This document shows, piece by piece, positions 1 through 8,672 of a stretch of DNA of 20,000 bases. The notes under the pieces are model-generated. The model did not search any database. It was not told where the DNA came from and worked only from the letters and a program-made list of their open reading frames with translations. The stretch's first letter is position 1; every line of letters starts with the position of its first letter. Origin of the DNA: an uncultured virus (IMG/VR IMGVR_UViG_3300033149_000238) (lineage: Duplodnaviria > Heunggongvirae > Uroviricota > Caudoviricetes); IMG/VR virus record IMGVR_UViG_3300033149_000238. The stretch is one strand, 5' to 3'. Position numbers and translations under genes: made by a program.

Positions 1-654
1 TAGATACGGCTGATTATATTGTAACTGATCATATCCCTGCAGATAGCTTTTAACTTTATGAAACTTATGTTTACTATATGGCTGGTATATTTTATATACA
101 TCACCATCCTTATCATAATAACCATACATATACTTACCTTCTATCTTAAGACTCTTAACCTTATAGTTCTCTTCTTTTACTAAGTTATAATACTCAATTG
201 GCTTAACGTTATACTTATCAAGTATACTCTTACCAATATTGAACTGCAACCAGAATGAAGCATCTGCTTCTGTCCACTCAGTATCTTTTATGAACTGAAC
301 TTCCCACTTTGGTTGAGGTGTTAGCTGTTGGGATTTGAATCCTCCAGCTTTGACATGTGCATTATAATCATTAGTAATCTTTTGAGATGCCATAGGAAAG
401 TCTATGTTAAACATCATCTTTACAAGATCTACCTTGTTACCACTCTTACCTGTTGAGAAATCTTTAAACTTATATTGCATTGCTGCTTTATCAACATAAA
501 TACAAAAGCTTGGTGTTCTCTCATTAGGATTAAAGATGGATTTAATCTTGATGTCTTGGCCCACAAGAGCCTCTGATAAATTTAAGTAATACTGAAATAC
601 CCAATAGCTTGGTACGTCTGATGGGTGTAGAACTAAATTCTTAGTACTAAACAT
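1..654 (-). CDS. DNA primase, crAss-like (N-terminal part; runs off the window start)
   Basis: Not in ORF track. Hand translation from ATG 654: MFSTKNLVLHPSDVPSYWVFQYYLNLSEALVGQDIKIKSIFNPNERTPSFCIYVDKAAMQYKFKDFSTGKSGNKVDLVKMMF. The SIFNPNERTPSF...FKDFSTG segment resembles the degenerate Zn-binding domain of phage DnaG-type primases, and it sits downstream of helicase/ATPase/SSB. Confidence 0.8.
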   Translation of the reverse strand, partial: MFSTKNLVLHPSDVPSYWVFQYYLNLSEALVGQDIKIKSIFNPNERTPSFCIYVDKAAMQYKFKDFSTGKSGNKVDLVKMMFNIDFPMASQKITNDYNAHVKAGGFKSQQLTPQPKWEVQFIKDTEWTEADASFWLQFNIGKSILDKYNVKPIEYYNLVKEENYKVKSLKIEGKYMYGYYDKDGDVYKIYQPYSKHKFHKVKSYLQGYDQLQYNQPYL

Positions 655-701
655 TATCTAGCGTTTTCTACTTCCCACATCCATTCATAATCTGGTTCCA
701 T
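654..701 (-). CDS. Putative 15-aa peptide MEPDYEWMWEVENAR, coupled to primase
   Basis: ATG at 701 after an A/T-rich leader; its TAA overlaps the primase ATG (TAATG). Confidence 0.4.
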   Translation of the reverse strand: MEPDYEWMWEVENAR

Positions 702-723
702 ATAATTAGTATTGTGTAAATCA

Positions 724-756
724 AAGGGTGGTAAGTCAACCACGAAAACCACCCTT
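724..756 (-). terminator. Stem-loop after SSB-like gene (terminator/attenuator or RNA stability element)
   Basis: Perfect 9-bp inverted repeat AAGGGTGGT(724-732)/ACCACCCTT(748-756) with a 15-nt loop and only a weak U tract. Confidence 0.5.
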
Positions 757-773
757 ATCATTACTGATTCAAA

Positions 774-1448
774 CTACAAATCAAAGTCATCACCGTTAGC
801 TGCAGCAGGCTCAAAGCTAGTAGTAGTAGCATTCTCCTTCTTAACTAATGGTCTGAAATGTTGGTTATTACTCTTATCAAAAGTAAGTATGTTAGAATTC
901 TCTGTGTCAACAGCTTCTAACGGCACACCTTCTCTTGTTCTCTTAGGTAAGAATAAGTCATTGTTTACATAACCTTCCTTGTTTTCCCATTCACGTGCAC
1001 CTAGACAAGCATTAATGTAACCAGTGTTTGAGCATACCTTTGCAGCTTTAATCATAAAGTCTTCAATAGTAGCAGCCTCAATAGCATCTAGTTCATTTCT
1101 CTTGCCAACAACTTCAGCAAGAAATACCATAGCTTTTAATACTTCATTGTCTCTTTTGATCTCATTACCGTTTGATAAAACAGTATCTTTATATGGATAT
1201 GGTGAGAATCTAACTCTACCAACCTGGCCTTCATAACGTTCTCCATTAGGATTATTCATGTCTTTTAGGAAACCTTGAAACTCTCCTTCAACTGGTTCTG
1301 TTTCTACATGTAGCATAATATTATATGCCTCAGAGTCATAAGGTGTTTGATCAAAAGTAATAGAATTAATTTTAATCTTTTGATTACCTGGACCAGCAAC
1401 TGGTTTAATACTGCCTGATCCTACAGACAAATCTTTAGTACTTAACAT
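774..1448 (-). CDS. Putative ssDNA-binding protein
   Basis: 224 aa, between AAA ATPase and primase, acidic C-terminal tail ending GDDFDL. Sak4-type ATPases are usually paired with an SSB. Confidence 0.5.
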   Translation of the reverse strand: MLSTKDLSVGSGSIKPVAGPGNQKIKINSITFDQTPYDSEAYNIMLHVETEPVEGEFQGFLKDMNNPNGERYEGQVGRVRFSPYPYKDTVLSNGNEIKRDNEVLKAMVFLAEVVGKRNELDAIEAATIEDFMIKAAKVCSNTGYINACLGAREWENKEGYVNNDLFLPKRTREGVPLEAVDTENSNILTFDKSNNQHFRPLVKKENATTTSFEPAAANGDDFDL

Positions 1449-1471
1449 AATTTTTCTTTTTAATTAATTAA

Positions 1472-2155
1472 TTATTCTTCATATTTCTGTATGCAATCCT
1501 TTACATACTGCAGGTCATTTGAGATAAATTTATCTTCAAACATACCCATTGGTGATTTACATGTGTTCTCTCCATTGTTTTGTGTTTCAAAACCATATTC
1601 AAGTTCACCATCATCATTTTTATTTACTTTACCAAATAAGACTATAGAAAAGAGACCTTCCAAAGTTAACGTATTGTCAATCATTTTCCCAATAGTTTTG
1701 GCTTTTACTTTTCTATTACCATTTATATCTGTTGAATCCTCTGAGTGAGTCAAGAATATAACAGTTAAATCATCTCTCATGTCTTTAGGCATCTTAGCTA
1801 CTTGTGCTAAGTTAGCTGCAATCTGAGTAAATTTATCATAACCTTTTTCATTTGCTCTTTCAAAGTATTCAAATGAACTCATGTACTGCCAGTCATCTAC
1901 AACTAATGTTTTGATCTGTGGCATTTTATCATTCACATGGTTCATTGCTTTAATTATACCAGCAGCTGATGCAGCTGATGTAATGTTACCTTTAGGGTTA
2001 TCTTTACTAATTTGAGTATACTTACTCTTATAACCTTTGAAAGGCAATGGTTTATTAGCAATGTTTATAATGAAAGTCTCTTTTGGATCTAATGTTCTGA
2101 TTGAGGTAGACTTCCCTGTACCTGAATCAGCAATAACTAATACGCTTTGTGCCAT
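1472..2155 (-). CDS. AAA_24/Sak4-like P-loop ATPase (recombination)
   Basis: Walker A ADSGTGKSTS, Walker B TLVVDD, IFLTH motif, C-terminal KSPMGMF. Confidence 0.8.
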   Translation of the reverse strand: MAQSVLVIADSGTGKSTSIRTLDPKETFIINIANKPLPFKGYKSKYTQISKDNPKGNITSAASAAGIIKAMNHVNDKMPQIKTLVVDDWQYMSSFEYFERANEKGYDKFTQIAANLAQVAKMPKDMRDDLTVIFLTHSEDSTDINGNRKVKAKTIGKMIDNTLTLEGLFSIVLFGKVNKNDDGELEYGFETQNNGENTCKSPMGMFEDKFISNDLQYVKDCIQKYEE

Positions 2156-2698
2156 TTACTTAATTGATTTAATTACATTTATTAATTTATTTAGTGTATC
2201 ATTGATATCAAGTAGTGCTCCTACTACTGGGTCTTCTATAACCTCTTTCTTATCTGGATCAGGTAAGTTTGGGTTAGCAAAGTCTACAATAGCATTACCT
2301 CTACTAGTAACATCATTTATTACTTTGAGCTCACTCACAGGGATTATGTGTCTTACAAATCCTGAGCTTGAAGTAATTAGTTCATACTCTTCTTTCCAAT
2401 GTGGATTATATTTATGAAGGTATAAAGTTCTTTTTGGATCTTCTGAGTCATAGTCTATACTAACAAACTCTGTATATATGTCTTGTTCTTTTTCTAGTTC
2501 ACTAGGAAAGAAACTAACATGTAGATCATCTTTACCTGTAGGCCTGTAAGCCATCTTAGGTATATATAGTGCATTTATCTTACCCTCTGTCTGAAAGTAA
2601 TCTTCATGCTCTTCTCTTAGCTTTGAAACTTTTTGTTTCCTTTCCGCTGGTGTCAGTCCCATTGATTTATTATTTATATTTTTAGTATTAAAACTCAT
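2156..2698 (-). CDS. Hypothetical replication-module protein
   Basis: 180-aa ORF with ATGA overlap with the helicase stop; stop abuts the ATPase start. Confidence 0.8.
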   Translation of the reverse strand: MSFNTKNINNKSMGLTPAERKQKVSKLREEHEDYFQTEGKINALYIPKMAYRPTGKDDLHVSFFPSELEKEQDIYTEFVSIDYDSEDPKRTLYLHKYNPHWKEEYELITSSSGFVRHIIPVSELKVINDVTSRGNAIVDFANPNLPDPDKKEVIEDPVVGALLDINDTLNKLINVIKSIK

Positions 2699-3648
2699 CT
2701 ACGTTCTTGTTGTGCTGGCGTTGCCATTTCTTCTATTTGCATTTGCTCAAACTTTGCTTTAAAGAATGACATCCTTGCATCACCATTCCTGGCTTTTAAG
2801 AAGTGCAACACTAATGTTCTATCATTTTCTATTATATATCTATCTGGACCATAATATCTAATCTTCTGCTTGGCTGGCCTGTTAATACCTATTAAAGTAT
2901 CAGCATGTTGTAGCATAGCATCTGAACCAAAGATATCTGATTCAAGTATATAGTTACCATACTTACCATCTACAGCTCTATCTGGATTATCTATGTTACG
3001 GTTTAGCTGTGATAAACAAATAAACAAACACGGATAGTCCCTCTTACACTGTGTAAAGAACTCACCTAATTCAAATAACATATCTAATGTGCTATTCTGA
3101 TAGGGTGCTCTTTTAACAAGCATACTATGATCTAATGTAATCATAGTTGGTATACCTTTATGTTCTGTCATATATTGATCTATCTGATCACGCATTTGAT
3201 TTACTGTCATAGGTGTAGATACAATATCTACTGGATATTTAACTCTTTCTTTTGCATACTGATGACACTTATTTAATGTATCTGTACTAAGTATACTACC
3301 TGCACTACATAACTCTTTGTATGTCTTACCGGTTATAGAACTAAACTCTCTAATAGCTGAGGTTCTTCCTACCATCTCAAACTGAAACTCCAATACTCTG
3401 AAGTTATCATTTGGATTTAATAGAAATGATTCTCTTATGATTTGGTCTTTAATTAGTGTCTTACCTGAACCAGGTCTACCACCAATTACAGTTAATGTAT
3501 TCCACTCTAATCCATCAGTAGTAGCATCATTAAATTTAGGCCATGGTGTATATATAGATTTCTCCTCACCAGTTGATCTGGCGTACATATATTTAAGTGC
3601 TTCATTAAATGCAGCATACTGCCCCACCCATGATGGTTTCTTTTTCAT
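2695..3648 (-). CDS. dnaB: DnaB-like (SF4) replicative helicase, C-terminal ATPase domain only
   Basis: GGRPGSGKT Walker A, FEM, ITLDH Walker B, LSQLNR, SDAMLQHAD and KARNG motifs; 317 aa. Confidence 0.9.
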   Translation of the reverse strand: MKKKPSWVGQYAAFNEALKYMYARSTGEEKSIYTPWPKFNDATTDGLEWNTLTVIGGRPGSGKTLIKDQIIRESFLLNPNDNFRVLEFQFEMVGRTSAIREFSSITGKTYKELCSAGSILSTDTLNKCHQYAKERVKYPVDIVSTPMTVNQMRDQIDQYMTEHKGIPTMITLDHSMLVKRAPYQNSTLDMLFELGEFFTQCKRDYPCLFICLSQLNRNIDNPDRAVDGKYGNYILESDIFGSDAMLQHADTLIGINRPAKQKIRYYGPDRYIIENDRTLVLHFLKARNGDARMSFFKAKFEQMQIEEMATPAQQERR

Positions 3649-4241
3649 ACTACGTTTTCTTTAAAGTGATCTTCTTCTGTATCAATACCATCTATTATCA
3701 TATCACAATAATCCGCTAGAGTAGAATGTTTTACCCTGTGCTTATCTTGTTTACAAATAAAGTATTGACTTGTCTGCATATACATATAGTCTTTGTCTCT
3801 GTATTCATTAACATACATTCTGGTTGCAGCAAATACTGTTTCCCAGTCATGATCATATGTATTAAAGAACCATCTAAATGCTTCTCCTAATGCCTTCACA
3901 TTATTTCTTGCAGGTTTACCGCTAGGTAGTTTCTTGTTTGGGAATATCTCTCTGTAATCATTTATCCATGTTACATACTTCTTACCCATAAGTTGTATAT
4001 CAGTCTTCTTCTTAGCCTTAATAAAATAGTTATCTAGCCTAACACAAAATGCCTTGGCTTCAGGTGTTAATAAATATACACCATTCTTCTGATCTAAATA
4101 TCCTATCTTAACTAAGTGAAGCTTATCTTCTTCTTTAGTATGTACAGCTGAAGTGCTAACTCCATTCTTCATACCAAACAATAAAAGAACTTGGTTTGGT
4201 GTAACGTTTTTGCTTAACATTACTTGGAATAAATCCCACAT
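3645..4241 (-). CDS. Hypothetical protein, possible wHTH replication initiator/helicase partner
   Basis: 198 aa; LVKIGYL...YLLTPEA is a wing-like segment; ATGA-coupled to the helicase. Confidence 0.5.
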   Translation of the reverse strand: MWDLFQVMLSKNVTPNQVLLLFGMKNGVSTSAVHTKEEDKLHLVKIGYLDQKNGVYLLTPEAKAFCVRLDNYFIKAKKKTDIQLMGKKYVTWINDYREIFPNKKLPSGKPARNNVKALGEAFRWFFNTYDHDWETVFAATRMYVNEYRDKDYMYMQTSQYFICKQDKHRVKHSTLADYCDMIIDGIDTEEDHFKENVV

Positions 4242-4279
4242 AAATTATTGGTTTTTAAAGATTATAAAGATACAAAATT

Positions 4280-4999
4280 CTACCATACAATCCTATCTTT
4301 TCCATGCTTTTCAAGGTGATCATTTACCTTATTAAAGACATCTTTACAATCCCATTCTCCGCCTCTGTATGCAGCTGATGCTGGGTGACTTACTTTAAAT
4401 AATGTATGGTTTGAGAAATACCTTTCCCATTCTTCTGCTTTTCTACCCATCATTATAACCGGTAGATCTTTTTTATGTTTATTTATTAAGTCAAACAAAT
4501 ACTCTGCATATGGTTTCCATAAGTTATAATGTGATCCTATCTTGTTGACCTCACATGTAAATGCTGTATTAAGTAACAGCACACCCTGGTTAGCCCAGCG
4601 TCTTAAGTCACATTCTTCTGGTGTATATATAGCCCTACCTGTCTTAGTGTAATCACCTATGGTTTGTTTTAGTATGTATTGCAAAGACTTTTCAGCTTTA
4701 CCTTTGTTACTACAACTAAAAGCTATTCCGTCAGCAACTCCTAGCTGTGGGTATGGGTCTTGCCCAATAACAATAACTTTAAGATCATCATACGGACACT
4801 CTACAAAAGCATTCATTACGTCTTTAAACTTTGGTGTAAATCTCCTGCCTGATTCTACAAGTGATACCAAGCTATTCATGATCATATCAAAGCTTAATCC
4901 ATTTATAAAAGGTGATAATGCTGGCTCCCACCCTGATGGTTCTATTTTCTCAATTAATTTTTCTCTGAGATTATTTATATCTATGTCTAGTTTTTTCAT
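4280..4999 (-). CDS. ung: Uracil-DNA glycosylase family 1
   Basis: KVIVIGQDPYP, ADGIAFS, WANQGVLLLNTAFT and SHPAS motifs. Confidence 0.95.
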   Translation of the reverse strand: MKKLDIDINNLREKLIEKIEPSGWEPALSPFINGLSFDMIMNSLVSLVESGRRFTPKFKDVMNAFVECPYDDLKVIVIGQDPYPQLGVADGIAFSCSNKGKAEKSLQYILKQTIGDYTKTGRAIYTPEECDLRRWANQGVLLLNTAFTCEVNKIGSHYNLWKPYAEYLFDLINKHKKDLPVIMMGRKAEEWERYFSNHTLFKVSHPASAAYRGGEWDCKDVFNKVNDHLEKHGKDRIVW

Positions 5000-5009
5000 A
5001 TATTATTAT

Positions 5010-5017
5010 TACATTTG
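5010..5017 (+). promoter_or_regulatory. Bacteroidetes-type -7 promoter element
   Basis: TACATTTG matches TAnnTTTG, 19 nt upstream of ATG 5037 of the + strand island. Confidence 0.6.
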
Positions 5018-5036
5018 TATTTAAAATCTAAAATTA

Positions 5037-5476
5037 TGGCAGAACATAAACAAATTGTTAGTTATGACTACACAAAGGTTATCAAAGATATTGTAGTATC
5101 TACAGCATTCATTCCTGGTTTACAGAATGTATACTACAGATATGTAAGTGAATTCTATGAAAAACCTGAGGATCTTGGTGCTTTGCTTACCAAATTCCAC
5201 GGTATTGTAGATGGTAAAATAACTGGTGAAGATGCTGCCATGACACCAATTGAACATGAGATATATACTATATTCTCATTAACACATTTATTTAAATCAT
5301 TTGCTAAAGATCAGGACTTAGAAATACTAACTGATCTACCTGTAGATAATGACACGCTTAAAAAGTATGCTGAAGAAGCTAAGAAAGCTGGTACACTTAA
5401 TGAGTCTTTAAATATATTAGCAAATAAAATTAATACACATATACCTGATGCCAAAGAAGAGGAAACTGAACAGTAA
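5037..5476 (+). CDS. Hypothetical acidic protein on the strand opposite to its neighbours
   Basis: Track ORF 5015-5476; the ATG of MAEHKQ (about 5037) lies after the promoter and an A-rich leader and is the likelier start. Confidence 0.7.
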
Positions 5477-5600
5477 AAATCCTAAGTACCTACCTAAAGA
5501 TGAGGTACAAGAACCAGTAGTTAAAGAAAAGAGATTAATAAATACAGTTAAGCTTAGTTCTAAAAGAGAAGCTAAAGTGTATGCAGTCTTTTTATCTTAA
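5448..5600 (+). CDS. Small basic protein (50 aa) MPKKRKLNSKNPKY...
   Basis: Hand-translated and not in the track; fills the gap between the 5476 stop and the convergent NinB-like gene. Confidence 0.6.
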   Translation: MPKKRKLNSKNPKYLPKDEVQEPVVKEKRLINTVKLSSKREAKVYAVFLS

Positions 5601-5975
5601 CTGCATACCACCAAAGTCTCCTATTTCCATTGCTGCTTGAATTGCAAGATTTAATTCTTCTTTATCACACTTAGCAAAAGATTTACAGTATTCTACATTG
5701 TTTCTCATAAAACATAGGCCTGCTCTACGTTTTACTTGAAGCTTTACTTCTTCAAACGTATGACCTATCTCATTGGCTATCTCTCTGATCATAGCATGTA
5801 TTCTTGCTAGCTGTGGGTTACTACCCTTACCATCATTGACACCAATAAATATATCCAGCCTAGCACTCTCAGGCTGATCTTTTAAAAAGTTTTTAAATTT
5901 TATCTCAAATGCTTTGATTGGAAAGTGTAACTCTCCATCCTTGACACGAGCTTCTACAAATAGTTGGTCTTTCAT
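5592..5975 (-). CDS. NinB/Orf-like recombination accessory protein
   Basis: SNPQLARIHAMIREIA...GHTFEEVK...KSFAKCDKEEL resembles the NinB/DUF1367 pattern; ATG 5975 overlaps the upstream TGA. Confidence 0.6.
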   Translation of the reverse strand: MKDQLFVEARVKDGELHFPIKAFEIKFKNFLKDQPESARLDIFIGVNDGKGSNPQLARIHAMIREIANEIGHTFEEVKLQVKRRAGLCFMRNNVEYCKSFAKCDKEELNLAIQAAMEIGDFGGMQLR

Positions 5976-6181
5976 GATGCTAGCCAACCCATTATGACAA
6001 GCATTACTATTATACCAGCTATACTAATCAGTGCCATTATAGCATGACCTTCTACCTGTTCTTTTCTTCTTCCTTGTCTGTATTTTATATCTTCTTCTCT
6101 TTTATTTGATTCCATATGATTAAAAATATTTGGATATTGTTTTCTAATATACTCTTTTCCGTTGTTTGTAAAATGTTTCAT
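5972..6181 (-). CDS. Small membrane protein
   Basis: C-terminal hydrophobic helix AIMALISIAGIIVMLVIMGWL; ATGA coupling on both sides. Confidence 0.6.
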   Translation of the reverse strand: MKHFTNNGKEYIRKQYPNIFNHMESNKREEDIKYRQGRRKEQVEGHAIMALISIAGIIVMLVIMGWLAS

Positions 6182-6438
6182 AGGTCTTTTAATTCAAGTA
6201 TTTCTTCCTCCAGGCTGTCTATATCTAAACTTTCTTCTATTATATCCTTAACATCTACATTGATTAGATGCCCACTTCTATCTTTAAGTGGTGCCCATAT
6301 ATGTTGTATATCTACAACCGGAGGTGAACCAGGATACCCACTACCATCTGGATAATAATCTACTGATGGCTCTCCTGGTGTATATATATAATCTATTTCT
6401 AAATCCACATCATCATGTGTCCATTCTATTGACTCCAT
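6178..6438 (-). CDS. Hypothetical acidic protein
   Basis: 86 aa with YYPDGSGYPGSPP motif; coupled to its neighbours. Confidence 0.7.
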   Translation of the reverse strand: MESIEWTHDDVDLEIDYIYTPGEPSVDYYPDGSGYPGSPPVVDIQHIWAPLKDRSGHLINVDVKDIIEESLDIDSLEEEILELKDL

Positions 6439-6701
6439 TATTTAAATCTTAAAACACCCGGTTCAACTTCATCAAATGCCTGACCACAATCAAGACACTC
6501 AACTTCTGTGCCTTTTTGTACCATACTGTGCAGCTTTGACCTCTCAAAACAATTTGGACATACCTTATCCACAACAACATCATAACTTTCTTCAATGACT
6601 TCTTCAATCTTGACTCTAGCCAAATCTTGAATGTATGCATCATGATCTCCTTGGTATTCTTCTTCTACCATTTTCATGTATATTTCTTTCATTCTTCCCA
6701 T
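6438..6701 (-). CDS. Zn-ribbon protein
   Basis: CPNC...CLDCG; TAATG coupling with the next gene. Confidence 0.7.
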   Translation of the reverse strand: MGRMKEIYMKMVEEEYQGDHDAYIQDLARVKIEEVIEESYDVVVDKVCPNCFERSKLHSMVQKGTEVECLDCGQAFDEVEPGVLRFK

Positions 6702-6703
6702 AG

Positions 6704-7819
6704 TTATCTATTTAAAGGGTTATAATATTTAATTTTATTTTGATCAAATCCTTTCAGTGCAGACTTAACCCATGTTGCATCTTGTGTGCCTTTATAACAT
6801 AATATATGACATGTAGCACGCTCTGATGGATTTAGCCTAAGTAAACGGCCTATCCTCTGAGCTGTCTTTTTCTCATTACCATACGCATGCATAATAATAC
6901 CCTGTTTTAAATTAGGTATTGTTACACCTTCTGATAACTGTAAGACACAAGATAGCTGATGTATTCTACCATCTTTAAAAAGTTCTAGATTATCTTCTGA
7001 CTTTTTATTTGTAGAGTGATAGCTAAACTTACATACTCTATCAGCTTGTTTCTGGGTATTAGCAAATATAATACACTTATCATTCATATTACTTAGTAAT
7101 GATTTAGTGTATATCTCTTTGCTATTATATTCCATCAGTGCTCTCATTCTCATGATTCTAGCAAACTGTTGTTGCTTTGGAGTCTGTGCATCTCTGCATC
7201 TTCCTGTAACATATTCATAGTCTTTAGCCTCTGTTGTCCACCAATGTCCACCATTCTTATTCTTTTTCTTTAATGTTGGTAGTTTAGATAGCTGTAGCTC
7301 ATGTATAATTATTTGATAGTCATTTAATATCTTAGAGTCAGTAGCTTTATCTACATCAAATAGATATCTCATAGGACAATACTTCTGTACCATCTTACCT
7401 TTTTCTGATTGTCTATCCCTTGGTGGTGTACCGGTTAGACCTAGTATCTTACCTTGAAACTGTGATAAAAATACTTCATGACCTGGTAATAATGAATGAC
7501 ACTCATCTAAATATACTATATCATAATCATTTGGATTACGTTTCTTAAGTGATAAATAAGTAGTAAATGTAATATGATCTTCTAATACTGTGTCATTTAT
7601 TTTATCTAGTTCATCATACCAAGACTTTATAACTGACTTCTTTGGTATTACTACTAATGCTTTTATAAAGGGATTGTAATTCTTTTTTAAGTGTTCTATT
7701 GCAATACGTGTTTTACCAACACCCATTGATATCCCTAGACCACATCTTTTATGTTGCATTGCTATAGACAATGCATCTGCTTGGACTATTTCTCTATTAT
7801 TCATCTGATTCTTGTTCAT
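6704..7819 (-). CDS. Superfamily 2 (DExH) helicase
   Basis: SMGVGKT, YLDECH, GLTGTP, LSEGVTIP and QRIGRLLR motifs. Confidence 0.92.
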   Translation of the reverse strand: MNKNQMNNREIVQADALSIAMQHKRCGLGISMGVGKTRIAIEHLKKNYNPFIKALVVIPKKSVIKSWYDELDKINDTVLEDHITFTTYLSLKKRNPNDYDIVYLDECHSLLPGHEVFLSQFQGKILGLTGTPPRDRQSEKGKMVQKYCPMRYLFDVDKATDSKILNDYQIIIHELQLSKLPTLKKKNKNGGHWWTTEAKDYEYVTGRCRDAQTPKQQQFARIMRMRALMEYNSKEIYTKSLLSNMNDKCIIFANTQKQADRVCKFSYHSTNKKSEDNLELFKDGRIHQLSCVLQLSEGVTIPNLKQGIIMHAYGNEKKTAQRIGRLLRLNPSERATCHILCYKGTQDATWVKSALKGFDQNKIKYYNPLNR

Positions 7820-8087
7820 AAGTTCTAGGCATTGAGAAGCCCAGTTCTATTGCGTGTACTGTATTTTCTTCTATCCACATGTGACAGTTTCTGCACACAG
7901 GTAACCATGTATTTACATCTAAATAGTGTACACCTCTACCTTTCTTGTGGTGTACATCTGTAGCATGTATTGTACAGTTGTGGATCTTTGCGTGGCATAT
8001 TGGATGCTCCAGTAAATACGGCCCACGTAATTTCTTGTAAGCCGTATTTGCCTTCTGCATTTTTTTAGAAAAGTTTCTAATTCCCAT
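7797..8087 (-). CDS. HNH-type endonuclease
   Basis: C-x6-C...ATDVHH...WLPVCRNCH pattern. Confidence 0.75.
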   Translation of the reverse strand: MGIRNFSKKMQKANTAYKKLRGPYLLEHPICHAKIHNCTIHATDVHHKKGRGVHYLDVNTWLPVCRNCHMWIEENTVHAIELGFSMPRTYEQESDE

Positions 8088-8580
8088 TTGTTGTTAATGT
8101 AAAAAAGTTTCTTGGTAACAAACCTAGTGACATAAATTTTAGTATAACATCTTCATATGTGATCCCTAAGTCCTTGAATGTCATAGTGTTATGATAGTCA
8201 TCAAGTACTTCCTCTGCTGGTATAGATATTATATAATCTACAATCTTGCTCTTAAATGTTTTACTAAGATAAGCATTTATTCTCTTGTTACAAATAGTTT
8301 GTTTCCATGCATTGATCTCTCTTTGTGCACGTTTCCAAACCTTTGTTATCCTGCGTCTTTTGTCCCAGTGTAACTTCTTAACTTCTTCAGGTTTATAAAC
8401 CTTGAGTCCGTGTAGTACACGTTTAAACAAAAAATGTTGATAAGGATTTAACTTAGAATAATCTAATGAGTTTACTATAGATGGTGGATGTAATTGATAC
8501 TCCTCTAATATTCCATAGTATTGATAGCGTTCTTTTCTGTGTTGTAATTTTAGTTTTGATATTTGATCTAGTGATAACAT
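8077..8580 (-). CDS. Hypothetical protein
   Basis: 167-aa ORF with an AAAACCA-N7-ATG start context. Confidence 0.75.
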   Translation of the reverse strand: MLSLDQISKLKLQHRKERYQYYGILEEYQLHPPSIVNSLDYSKLNPYQHFLFKRVLHGLKVYKPEEVKKLHWDKRRRITKVWKRAQREINAWKQTICNKRINAYLSKTFKSKIVDYIISIPAEEVLDDYHNTMTFKDLGITYEDVILKFMSLGLLPRNFFTLTTNGN

Positions 8581-8624
8581 GATTAAGTGGTTTTAGTGAT
8601 TGATTTAGTAAATGATTTATAGAT

Positions 8625-8653
8625 TAGAGATCCCGGCAGAACCAGGACCTCTA
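8625..8653 (-). terminator. Stem-loop downstream of gene 8673-9233
   Basis: On the - strand TAGAGGTCCTGG-TTCTG-CCGGGATCTCTA forms a 12-bp stem with 2 G-U pairs; no U tract follows. Confidence 0.55.
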
Positions 8654-8672
8654 TCTAATTATAACGTCTGGC

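Noticed and set aside
712..5024. + strand track ORFs (712, 1024, 1491, 2037, 3437, 4153, 4659)
   Set aside because: Antisense shadows of well-supported - strand genes with no recognisable motifs.
7797..8087. HNH gene as a mobile homing endonuclease or intron
   Set aside because: Short, without an extra DNA-binding domain, overlap-coupled with its neighbours, and no interrupted gene around it.
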